Assembly: GCA_963674825.1 (NCBI GenBank)
Contig: OY771587.1
Span: forward strand, 3,488,001-3,552,000
Source of the DNA: Candidatus Cloacimonadales bacterium
GTDB lineage: Bacteria > Cloacimonadota > Cloacimonadia > Cloacimonadales > JAIOQZ01
Direction of reading: 5' to 3'
DNA length: 64,000 bases
A program made the position numbers and the translations under genes. Under the pieces are notes generated by a model. It saw only the letters and a program-made list of their open reading frames with translations. It had not been told where the DNA came from and made no database searches. Position 1 is the stretch's first letter. Each line of letters opens with the position of its first letter. This document shows, piece by piece, positions 28,435 to 37,349 of this stretch.

Positions 28435-30578
28435 GAAAGCTTGCGCTGCTCTTCATCCTTCTCTTCACGCTATTGTTCTCCAGCCTCTTCGCAAGGCAGA
28501 AGATCGGTCTGGCGCTCAGCGGTGGCGGTGCGCGATGTCTGGCGCATATTGGCGTTCTAAAGGTGCTCGACGAATACGGGATTGTCCCTGATCAGATATC
28601 CGGTACCAGCATGGGCGCAGTGATCGCGACTTTCTATGCGCTCGGGTGGAGTTCTGATGACATTGCAGCTCTCTTCGAAGATGAGGACTGGCAACACCTG
28701 CTAACCGATACTATTTCTCGAGAAGACTATTACACCGGCGAAAAACGCTGGGGTCCCAACGCGAATTACTATTTCCGCATCGACGACGATTTCAATCCGC
28801 AGCTTCCACGCAGCTTCCTGAGTGGCAACAAAGTGCTAATGGAACTCTTCGATCTCACCTACCCGTACATATATGAAACCAACTTTGATTCGCTGGCAAT
28901 ACCGCTTCGAATCGTGGCAACCGATATCGAGACTGGTAAGCCCGTGATTTTCAAAGACGGTGCATTGCATGAAGTGCTGCTTGCTTCTCTAACATTTCCA
29001 TCAGTGTTAGCTCCTTTCAAGGCTCAGGGGCACTACTGTGCGGATGGCGGAATCGTGATGAATCTGCCTATCCAGGCTCTGGACGAATCGGATATCTGCA
29101 TCGGCGTGAAAACCAATTCATCCCTAAAACCTTCCCGCGAACTCGACGATGTAATCGATGTGCTCAATCAGAGTATGAACATCAATATGAGCTGGCGTGT
29201 AGACCAGGCACTTTCAGAATGTGATCTTCTGATCTGCCCGAAGCTGGACGATGTTGGACTATTCGACTTTGACCAGAAAGACCGCATTATCGCGGCTGGT
29301 GAAGCGGCGGCACGCGAGAAAATCGATACGCTTCTTAAGCTGTGGAAGCAGAATGGGAAGTGGAAATCGCGCCGTCAGGCCAGGAAGACAGGTCCTGTCT
29401 GCATTTCCAGCATCGATGTGGAAGGCAATTATTACATGTCTTCTTCAAAAATCCGTGAATACGCCGGTATGAAAGTTGGTTATTCGTATTCACTCGAAGA
29501 ACTGCTTAAAAATTTTGAGCGTGCATATAATTCGAGGCTTTTTGAGTATATCTATCCAACACTTACACCTGAAGATAACGGCTATCATATGATAATCCAC
29601 ATTAAGGAGAACGAGCGCCGAAAACTTGGCATCAATGCCCGTTATAACGACATCGATGAGCTCACGATTGGCGGCTCCTTGGAATACACTAACTACCTCC
29701 AACGAAATTCGAAGATGATCGTCAATCTCAACGTGGGCGGAATTCAGGAGGTTAACGCCGATTACGTCAAAAACTTCGGCAAACTCTGGGGCGTTTATTT
29801 CCGCGTGTTTCCATACCTTCGTTACGAGCGGTTCTATTTATATAACGATATGCACGAAAAGACAGGCAGTATCCGCTCGAAAGAGCTTGGGGCAAATCTT
29901 GGTGTTGGCTTTTTCGCCCCGTTCGATACCATTATCGAAGGATTTCTTTACTCTTACCAGCGCGAGTTTTACCGCGATGTCTCTGCCGAGAACTATGTAG
30001 AGAACTTCAACCGCTCTACGGGAGCAGGACTGAAAATATACTCAGAGACGCTCGATGACTTCATGATTCCCATGCGTGGCCGGCAGATTATGCTGAAATT
30101 CATCACCTCAACCGACGATTTCTACAGTGATGCAAGCTATGAACGATTCTATAGCAGGATTACATTCGCTGTTCCGGTTATAAAACAGGTGGCGATCATT
30201 GGCCGGTTCGAGTACGGTGCCTATCTGCACGATCAGGCCGTAGATTTCGATCCATTCTATATCGGTGGATATGACAGCTATGTTGGATTCAACGAAAAGG
30301 AATACAGCGCGCCCAATTACAAGATCACTTCGGGATCGCTACGATTCAGCCTTCCCTGGAGCCTTTATCTGGATCTTCAAATGAATGGCGCGAAATACGG
30401 CAACGTAGATGACTGGCGTCCTTCTGAAGATATGGAATGGGGCTATGGCGTCAAACTCGCCTACAAATCCTTCCTCGGACCCATTCGCGGTGGTGTAGGG
30501 TTTATGCCGGAACGCAAGCCGGTCTATTATCTCTCCATTGGCTATGACATCGACGCATTCGAGTTTTCAAGAAGGTAA
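28431..30578 (+). CDS. Patatin-like phospholipase with POTRA and beta-barrel (PlpD/type Vd architecture)
   Basis: LSGGGAR, GTSMG, DGG motifs; POTRA-like segment; C-terminal barrel ending YLSIGY. Confidence 0.87.
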   Translation: MRKLALLFILLFTLLFSSLFARQKIGLALSGGGARCLAHIGVLKVLDEYGIVPDQISGTSMGAVIATFYALGWSSDDIAALFEDEDWQHLLTDTISREDYYTGEKRWGPNANYYFRIDDDFNPQLPRSFLSGNKVLMELFDLTYPYIYETNFDSLAIPLRIVATDIETGKPVIFKDGALHEVLLASLTFPSVLAPFKAQGHYCADGGIVMNLPIQALDESDICIGVKTNSSLKPSRELDDVIDVLNQSMNINMSWRVDQALSECDLLICPKLDDVGLFDFDQKDRIIAAGEAAAREKIDTLLKLWKQNGKWKSRRQARKTGPVCISSIDVEGNYYMSSSKIREYAGMKVGYSYSLEELLKNFERAYNSRLFEYIYPTLTPEDNGYHMIIHIKENERRKLGINARYNDIDELTIGGSLEYTNYLQRNSKMIVNLNVGGIQEVNADYVKNFGKLWGVYFRVFPYLRYERFYLYNDMHEKTGSIRSKELGANLGVGFFAPFDTIIEGFLYSYQREFYRDVSAENYVENFNRSTGAGLKIYSETLDDFMIPMRGRQIMLKFITSTDDFYSDASYERFYSRITFAVPVIKQVAIIGRFEYGAYLHDQAVDFDPFYIGGYDSYVGFNEKEYSAPNYKITSGSLRFSLPWSLYLDLQMNGAKYGNVDDWRPSEDMEWGYGVKLAYKSFLGPIRGGVGFMPERKPVYYLSIGYDIDAFEFSRR

Positions 30579-30585
30579 AAAAGCT

Positions 30586-30936
30586 ATGACGAGGTTTTTC
30601 CTGCCCATTATTCTGCTGATCGGTTCGAATCTGTTCATGACATATGCCTGGTATGGCCATCTAAAGGATTTTGGGACAAAACCGCTCTGGATTGTTATCT
30701 TTCTGAGTTGGGGAATTGCTCTGTTCGAATATTGCCTTCAGGTTCCGGCTAACCGAATCGGTTTCCAGACCTACTCTTTACCGCAACTCAAGATCATCCA
30801 GGAAGTTATCACCATGACAGTCTTTGCACTGTTTTGCCTGATCTATATGCGTCAGCGACTTACGCTGGACTATCTATGGGCGAGTTTTTGCCTTCTGGGT
30901 GCTGTTTATTTCATCTTCAGGAAAGGAATCGGATAA
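30586..30936 (+). CDS. DMT-superfamily small membrane protein (DUF486-like)
   Basis: SNLFMTYAWYGHLK; SWGIALFEYCLQVPANRIG; QLKIIQEVIT. Confidence 0.88.
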   Translation: MTRFFLPIILLIGSNLFMTYAWYGHLKDFGTKPLWIVIFLSWGIALFEYCLQVPANRIGFQTYSLPQLKIIQEVITMTVFALFCLIYMRQRLTLDYLWASFCLLGAVYFIFRKGIG

Positions 30937-31676
30937 TGCTTCATCACAAGATAACTGCCGAACGAATCAAGCCCATTCCGCCGCGCGGAGCTATGATTTT
31001 CTTCCTTATATATGGCTTGTTGCTGGCTGGTGCAACGATCTTCGTCATGCCGTTTCTGGAAGCCTATGGCTGGATGAATATCGTGGCGTGGTTCTTCTGC
31101 GGTTCCGTATTCGTTTTCATGCCATTACTGGTCCACGCGTTGATTATCGCAAAAAAGGAAGGCCGTAACGGTATCCTCGATCGCCTGCGAGTGAAGAAGA
31201 TGACAGTAAGCGATTGGAAATGGTTTCTGATCGGCTTTGTTGCGATTGGTCTGGGAACCGGGGTGATCTTGGGTATCAATAAGCTGCTGGTTTCGATGTT
31301 CCCATTCATTCCCGTTCTGGACATGCAGCCACCCTTCATGCATTTTTATGGTTTTGAGCCCTCTCAACGCTGGATGCTGCTCTTGTGGTTGCCCTCGTAC
31401 CTCTTTATAATATTCGGTGAGGAATTCATGTGGCGTGGGATTCTTCTCCCCCGCATGGAAAAGCACAACAACAAGACCTCATGGCTATGGAACGCACTGC
31501 TGTGGCTATGTTTTCACGCCGCCTTTGGAATCGATCTGATGATCGTGCTCCTGCCCATCATCCTCGTTGTCCCGTATGTCGTCTGGAAAAGGAAAAACAC
31601 GACGCTCGGAATCCTGCTGCATGGCCTCTACAACGGTGCCGGGTTCCTCGTAGTAGCTTTTGGGCTCGTTGCTTAG
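30936..31676 (+). CDS. CPBP (CAAX/Abi) intramembrane protease
   Basis: GEEFMWRG; FH; H..YN motifs; TAATG coupling to the upstream gene. Confidence 0.85.
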   Translation: MLHHKITAERIKPIPPRGAMIFFLIYGLLLAGATIFVMPFLEAYGWMNIVAWFFCGSVFVFMPLLVHALIIAKKEGRNGILDRLRVKKMTVSDWKWFLIGFVAIGLGTGVILGINKLLVSMFPFIPVLDMQPPFMHFYGFEPSQRWMLLLWLPSYLFIIFGEEFMWRGILLPRMEKHNNKTSWLWNALLWLCFHAAFGIDLMIVLLPIILVVPYVVWKRKNTTLGILLHGLYNGAGFLVVAFGLVA

Positions 31677-31797
31677 CGAAATTCTATTCGAAGTTTATAA
31701 AAACCTATTGAAGAAATCACGTATAACGAACACGATTATTCCTGATTAAAGAACCCTATCTCCTTGACACTCAATTGGTAAGTGCCATTACGACGCA

Positions 31798-31816
31798 AAT
31801 GAGAATGAGTCTCAAT
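31798..31816. promoter_or_regulatory. Fur-box-like inverted repeat upstream of the hydrogenase operon
   Basis: TGAGAAT-G-AGTCTCA 7-1-7 repeat with one mismatch, between TTGACA hexamers at 31764 and 31859. Confidence 0.45.
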
Positions 31817-32012
31817 ATCTGTTAGTCCACAAAATCGCATAAATAGTAAAGTTTTCAATTGACAGCGTCATCATTATCGAAGAAATGAGTTTCGAAATGG
31901 AAGGAGTTGCAATGATTGAAATCGATACAATTCGCGATCGCAAACAGGCAACTTATTCTCAAAAATCGAATCCAATACGATTCCAACATTCAATACGATC
32001 ACAGGAGTGACC

Positions 32013-32498
32013 ATGAACGCACACCCTGCACCCAAAAACAAACTCTATGAAGAACTGCAAGCCGTCATTCAGGAAAAGAAGCATGTTCGTAATCCTCTGA
32101 TTGAAGTCTTGCACAAAGCCCAGGAAATTTTCGGGTATTTACCGCCGGAAGTCCTGGAATTCATCGCTACCGGACTCGAGGTACCGATCAATCACATTTA
32201 CGGTGTTGTAACCTTCTACAATTTCTTCTCGATGGAGCCGCGCGGAAAAAACCTTATCAACGTATGTATGGGAACCGCCTGCTACGTTAAAGGCGCTGAC
32301 CGACTGGTCCAGATGCTTGAAGACGAACTCAAGATCAAGATGGGCGAAACCACCGAAGATCAGGTCTTCACCCTCTCCGCAGTTCGCTGCGTGGGTGCAT
32401 GCTCGCTGGCGCCGGTATTCGTCATTGGCGAAGAGACCTACGGCCGGGTCGACAGCCGCAAGAAGCTCAAAGAAATCATTGATAAGTACAGGGCTTGA
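32013..32498 (+). CDS. NuoE-like [2Fe-2S] hydrogenase subunit (HydC/HndA), copy 1
   Basis: VCMGTACYVKG...CVGACSLAPV. Confidence 0.92.
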   Translation: MNAHPAPKNKLYEELQAVIQEKKHVRNPLIEVLHKAQEIFGYLPPEVLEFIATGLEVPINHIYGVVTFYNFFSMEPRGKNLINVCMGTACYVKGADRLVQMLEDELKIKMGETTEDQVFTLSAVRCVGACSLAPVFVIGEETYGRVDSRKKLKEIIDKYRA

Positions 32499-33067
32499 TG
32501 CAGGATATCTCGCTTCATCTTCTGGACATGATCGAAAACTCGGTGCGCGCGGGTGCATCGCTGGTTGAAATCCACATCAATGCGGACGTACCACGCAACC
32601 GTATTTCGTTCCTTATTCGGGACGACGGCTGCGGTATGGACGATGAGACGATTCGCAGCGCGATGAATCCATTCTACACGACCAAAGTAGAGCGCGAGAA
32701 GAAGATCGGGCTGGGCATTCCCCTATTCATGCAGAATGCCGAAGCCTGTGGTGGCGATTTCACTATCGCCAGCATACCGGGAGAAGGAACTGAGATACGA
32801 GCACATTTCAAGTTTGACCACATCGACCGAATGCCCATCGGGAATCTTGAAGATACCATGCTGGGCGCAATTGTTGGGCATCCCGAAACCGATTTCCTAT
32901 TTGAATTGAGAAGAAACGGATTCAATGGTGCCTGGGATTTCTCTTTGGACACAAGAGATATTAAGAAGGAACTCGATGGTATCCCGATCAATTATCCGGA
33001 CGTTATCGGCTTCCTTTCCGAGATAATCAACGAAGGCGTAAAAAATACGAAAATGGAGGAACTCTGA
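32495..33067 (+). CDS. Stand-alone HATPase_c (GHKL) protein in the hydrogenase operon
   Basis: DMIENSVRAGA; DDGCGMD; PFYTTK; GLGIPL; no H-box. Confidence 0.88.
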   Translation: MMQDISLHLLDMIENSVRAGASLVEIHINADVPRNRISFLIRDDGCGMDDETIRSAMNPFYTTKVEREKKIGLGIPLFMQNAEACGGDFTIASIPGEGTEIRAHFKFDHIDRMPIGNLEDTMLGAIVGHPETDFLFELRRNGFNGAWDFSLDTRDIKKELDGIPINYPDVIGFLSEIINEGVKNTKMEEL

Positions 33068-33429
33068 TGAAAACCTTGGAAGAACTCAGAAAAATCCGGG
33101 AAAAAGCTCAGCAGGACATGAACCTGCGCAATGCCGATTACCGCATGAAAGTGGTTGTCGGGATGGGAACTTCTGGAATCGCCATGGGTGCCCGTGAAGT
33201 GATGAAAACTTTCCTTGAGGAAGTTTCGAAACGTCAGATCAAAGATGTCGTCGTGACACAAACCGGTGAAAAGGGCCTTTCGTCCATGGAACCGATCGTC
33301 GACGTTCTTGAAGAAGGCAAGCCGAAGATCACTTATGGAAATATGAACCCCGATAAGGCGAGAAAAGTGGTCGTTGAGCATCTGGTCAACGGCAACGTTG
33401 TTTCCGAATACGTAGTCTCATCCGAGTAA
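33067..33429 (+). CDS. HydD/HndB-like thioredoxin-fold subunit lacking Cys ligands
   Basis: VGMGTSGIAMGAR...QTGEKGLSSMEP...EHLVNG; no cysteines in the protein. Confidence 0.8.
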   Translation: MKTLEELRKIREKAQQDMNLRNADYRMKVVVGMGTSGIAMGAREVMKTFLEEVSKRQIKDVVVTQTGEKGLSSMEPIVDVLEEGKPKITYGNMNPDKARKVVVEHLVNGNVVSEYVVSSE

Positions 33430-33442
33430 TCAAGGGGGAACG

Positions 33443-35290
33443 ATGTCACTGAAACGTATCGATGTCCTGATTTGTTGTGGCTCGGGTTGCGTTTCAGCCG
33501 GTGCGCTTAAGATCAAACAAGCGCTTAAGGATCAACTGAAAGAACGTAATCTGCTTCAGGAAATCAACCTGATCGAAACCGGATGTATGGGCCCGTGCGA
33601 CTACGGTCCTGTTATGATGATTTATCCGGAAGGTGTGTTCTACCGCAAAGTTACCGTAGAGGACATTGAAGAAATCATCGAAGAACACTTTGTCAAGGGC
33701 AGACCGGTCAAACGCCTGATGCTTGAAGAGGAAGACAAGGTCTTACCGACCAAGGATGATATCCCCTTCTATAAGAAACAGGTGAAAGTCGCTCTTGAAA
33801 ATTGTGGCTATCTCGACCCCGAAAAGGTCGAGGAATACATTGCACTCGGCGGATATGAAGCGCTGGGCAACATCCTGACAGGCAAGACCCCGCAGGACGC
33901 CGTGAATGTTGTAAAAGATTCCGGTTTGCGTGGCCGTGGCGGCGGTGGATTCCCCACCGGCGTCAAGTGGCAGCATGTGCTCGACGCACAGGGCGACCCC
34001 AAGTACGTCATCTGTAATGGCGACGAGGGTGACCCGGGCGCATTTATGGATCGCTCGCTTCTCGAAGGCGACCCGCACAGGGTTCTGGAAGGAATGATGA
34101 TCGCTGCCTACGCGGTTGGCGCATCGAAGGGCTTCTTCTATATTCGTGCCGAATACCCGTTGGCTATCAAACGCATCAAGCTGGCTATCGAGCAGGCGAA
34201 GGAATTCGGTCTGCTTGGCGAGAACATCTTCGAAAGCGGATTCTCGTTTGACGCGGAAGTCCGCACAGGTGCCGGCGCGTTTGTTTGTGGCGAGGAAACC
34301 GCATTGATCGCTTCCATCGAAGGAAAGCGCGGTCAGCCAACCCCCAAACCTCCCTATCCGGCCAATTGCGGTCTGTGGGGACAGCCCACGCTGGTCAACA
34401 ATGTCGAGACTCTCGCGAATCTTCCGCGCATCTTCCTCAAAGGTGCAGAGTGGTTCGCATCCATGGGTACCGAGACCAGCAAGGGTACGAAGGTCTTCGC
34501 GCTAACTGGTGATGTTAACAACACCGGTCTCGTGGAAGTTCCGATGGGCATCAGCCTTCGGGATCTGATCTTCGAAGTTGGCGGCGGAATCAGCGACGGA
34601 CGCAAGTTCAAAGCTGTCCAGCTCGGAGGTCCCTCCGGTGGCTGCCTCACCAACGAACATCTCGATACTAAGATCGACTATGAATCGCTGAAGGAAAAAG
34701 GCGCTATGATGGGCTCTGGTGGTGTCATCGTGATGAACGACTCCAACTGTATGGTCAACGTAGCGAAATTCTTCCTCGAGTTCTCCGTTGATGAATCTTG
34801 TGGAAAGTGTGCTCCCTGCCGTCTCGGACTCAAGCAGATGCACAGGCTCCTGGAAAAGATCACCAGCGGAAACGGCGAAGAAGGCGACATCGAAGAACTG
34901 GAACGCCTGGGTCAATCGATCCGCACCACGTCTCTCTGTGGACTTGGTCAGACCGCACCGAACCCCGTTCTCAGTACGATACGCTACTTCCGCAGCGAAT
35001 ACGAAGCACACATCCGTGAAAAAACCTGTCCTGCCAAGGTCTGCTTGCCGTTGGTCCATTACAAGATCGACACCGATAAGTGCATCGGTTGCGGCCTTTG
35101 CGCCCGGAACTGCCCCGTAAGCTGTATCTCCGGAAATCGCCAGGACAAGTACATCATCAACCAGATTCCGTGCGTCAAGTGCGGAAACTGTAAGGAAGTG
35201 TGTCCGGTCGGCGCTGTCGACCTGCTTCCCGGTATCAGCCCTGAGTACAGAGCATATCAGAAAGAACAGGCTGAAGAAGAGCAAGACTGA
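33443..35290 (+). CDS. NuoF-like diaphorase subunit HydB/HndC, bifurcating type
   Basis: N-terminal CCGSGC/GCMGPC [2Fe-2S]; GRGGGGFP; DEGDPGAFMDR; GGPSGG; CGKCAPC; C-terminal 2x[4Fe-4S]. Confidence 0.93.
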   Translation: MSLKRIDVLICCGSGCVSAGALKIKQALKDQLKERNLLQEINLIETGCMGPCDYGPVMMIYPEGVFYRKVTVEDIEEIIEEHFVKGRPVKRLMLEEEDKVLPTKDDIPFYKKQVKVALENCGYLDPEKVEEYIALGGYEALGNILTGKTPQDAVNVVKDSGLRGRGGGGFPTGVKWQHVLDAQGDPKYVICNGDEGDPGAFMDRSLLEGDPHRVLEGMMIAAYAVGASKGFFYIRAEYPLAIKRIKLAIEQAKEFGLLGENIFESGFSFDAEVRTGAGAFVCGEETALIASIEGKRGQPTPKPPYPANCGLWGQPTLVNNVETLANLPRIFLKGAEWFASMGTETSKGTKVFALTGDVNNTGLVEVPMGISLRDLIFEVGGGISDGRKFKAVQLGGPSGGCLTNEHLDTKIDYESLKEKGAMMGSGGVIVMNDSNCMVNVAKFFLEFSVDESCGKCAPCRLGLKQMHRLLEKITSGNGEEGDIEELERLGQSIRTTSLCGLGQTAPNPVLSTIRYFRSEYEAHIREKTCPAKVCLPLVHYKIDTDKCIGCGLCARNCPVSCISGNRQDKYIINQIPCVKCGNCKEVCPVGAVDLLPGISPEYRAYQKEQAEEEQD

Positions 35291-35312
35291 AAATCATAGA
35301 TAAGGAGTGGAT

Positions 35313-35768
35313 ATGTACGAAGAAATCTTCAAGAAGTATTCGGCTGACAAAGAAAACCTGATCTATATCCTTCACGATATCCAGGATACTCATCCTCAGC
35401 ATTATATCAGTGAAGAAGCGGTCGAGAAAGTCAGCGAATATCTTCACGTACCCGTGAACCACATTTACGGTGTGTTGACGTTTTACACCATGTACAGCAC
35501 AAAACCTCGCGGCAAGAACATCATTCGCCTCTGTGAATCTCCACCTTGCTTCCTGAAAGGCTCCGAGAAGATCCTCAAGAAGCTTGAGAGAGTTCTGGAT
35601 GTCAAAGAAGGTGGAACGACCAGAGACGGTCTGTTTACCCTCGAACTGTGCGCATGTCTTGGTGTTTGCGGTAACGCCCCGGTGATGATGATCAACGAGG
35701 ACGTTTACGGCGATCTGACCGAGGAAAAAATTGAAATGATCATTGATCGTATCCGGGGAGGTGAGTAA
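35313..35768 (+). CDS. NuoE-like [2Fe-2S] subunit, copy 2
   Basis: CESPPCFLKG...CLGVCGNAPV; AAGGAG RBS. Confidence 0.9.
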   Translation: MYEEIFKKYSADKENLIYILHDIQDTHPQHYISEEAVEKVSEYLHVPVNHIYGVLTFYTMYSTKPRGKNIIRLCESPPCFLKGSEKILKKLERVLDVKEGGTTRDGLFTLELCACLGVCGNAPVMMINEDVYGDLTEEKIEMIIDRIRGGE

Positions 35769-37330
35769 TGAAATACTTCAGGACACACGTACTCGTCGGA
35801 GTGGATGAATCCGCGGTTCAAGCCGGAGTGAAGGAATTCCTTAGCGCACTTCGCAGCGAACTGGCTCGCAAGGATCTGGAAGAAGAAGTTTCCATCTTGG
35901 AAACCGGCCCTCTGGGTTACTTCAACAAAGGTGTATGTCTTCAGGTTTACCCGGACAACACCACCTACGTTAATGTCAAAGTCGAAGATGTCCCCGAAAT
36001 CGTGGAAGAACACTTCCTCAAGGGCAGACCGGTCAAACGTCTGGTCTTCAACGCTCCCGAATCGGGACAGTATGACTTCGCGTATGACAAGCGTATCGTG
36101 CTGAACAACTCCGGTATCATCGATCCCGAAAATATCGACGAATACCTGGCAGTTGGCGGCTACGAAGCCTGGGAAAAAGCCATCACCGGCATGAAGCCCA
36201 TGGAAATCGTTGACGAAGTCAAAAAATCGGGTCTCCGCGGACGCGGCGGCGCCGGATTCCCCACCGGACTCAAGTGGAGCTTCACTGCACCGCTTCAGGC
36301 CAAGGAGAAACTGGTCGTTGTCAATGCCGACGAAGGTGAACCCGGAACCTTCAAAGATCGTCTGATCATGGAAGGCGACCCGCACAAGCTGCTCGAAGGC
36401 GTGATGCTTTGCGCTTACGCAGTGGGTGCGTCGAAAGCCTATATCTATATCCGTGGCGAATACAAACTCTGTATCGATCGCACGCTCAAAGCTATCGAGC
36501 AGGCGAAAGAATACGGAATTCTTGGAGATAACATCTTCGGTAGCGGCTTCAGCCTCGATATCGAAATCAAGATCGGTGCCGGCGCATACGTATGCGGCGA
36601 GGAAACCGCTCTGATCGAATCGATGGAAGGTAACCGCGGTATCCCGCGCAGCAAGCCGCCGTTCCCCGGCGTCGAAGGCGCATGGAAGAAACCGACAGTG
36701 GTCAACAACGTCGAGACCCTTGCAAACGTTCCCGCCATCATCAAGAACGGTGGAGAATGGTACTCGAAGATCGGTCCGGAGAAATCTCCGGGAACCAAGG
36801 TCTATACGATCCTTGGCGACGTCATGACACCTGGCCTTACCGAAGTCCCCATGGGAACCACCCTTCGCAGCATCATCAATGATTTCGGCGGCGGTATGAA
36901 AGACGGCAAGCGCTTCAAAGCAGCGCTGGTCGGCGGTGCAGCCGGCGTTATCCTTCCCGATTCGCTGCTGAACGTGAAAATGGACTACAACAGCCTCGCC
37001 GAATACGCGGCAGTGCTCGGATCCGGTGCTATCCTTGTGATGGGCGAAGATACCGACATGGTCGATATCCTTTATTCGATCGTGAAGTTCTTCCGCCATG
37101 AATCCTGTGGACGTTGCAGCCCGTGCCGTCTCGGTACGCAGCAACTCACCAGGCTGATCAAGAAAGTCCGTAGCGGCAAAGCGACCGAAGAAGACCTCGA
37201 TCAGATGGTCATCATTTCCGATGCAATGTTCAAAACCTCGTTCTGCGCATTGGGTCAATCCTTAATCATGCCCGTGAAAAGCGCGATTGAGAATTTCCGG
37301 GACGACTTCGTAGCCCGGATCAAGGCATAA
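35768..37330 (+). CDS. Second NuoF-like diaphorase subunit, non-bifurcating type
   Basis: GRGGAGFP; DEGEPGTFKDR; GGAAG; CGRCSPC; N-terminal domain lacks the Cys ligands; no C-terminal ferredoxin domain. Confidence 0.92.
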   Translation: MKYFRTHVLVGVDESAVQAGVKEFLSALRSELARKDLEEEVSILETGPLGYFNKGVCLQVYPDNTTYVNVKVEDVPEIVEEHFLKGRPVKRLVFNAPESGQYDFAYDKRIVLNNSGIIDPENIDEYLAVGGYEAWEKAITGMKPMEIVDEVKKSGLRGRGGAGFPTGLKWSFTAPLQAKEKLVVVNADEGEPGTFKDRLIMEGDPHKLLEGVMLCAYAVGASKAYIYIRGEYKLCIDRTLKAIEQAKEYGILGDNIFGSGFSLDIEIKIGAGAYVCGEETALIESMEGNRGIPRSKPPFPGVEGAWKKPTVVNNVETLANVPAIIKNGGEWYSKIGPEKSPGTKVYTILGDVMTPGLTEVPMGTTLRSIINDFGGGMKDGKRFKAALVGGAAGVILPDSLLNVKMDYNSLAEYAAVLGSGAILVMGEDTDMVDILYSIVKFFRHESCGRCSPCRLGTQQLTRLIKKVRSGKATEEDLDQMVIISDAMFKTSFCALGQSLIMPVKSAIENFRDDFVARIKA

Positions 37331-37349
37331 CCAGAAAGGGAGATTGTCA

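Noticed and set aside
35705..37258. Long antisense ORFs (also 41940-43151, 58343-59482, 24171-25268, 61922-62902, 9281-10063)
   Set aside because: They are shadow frames opposite well-supported genes and show no recognisable motifs.
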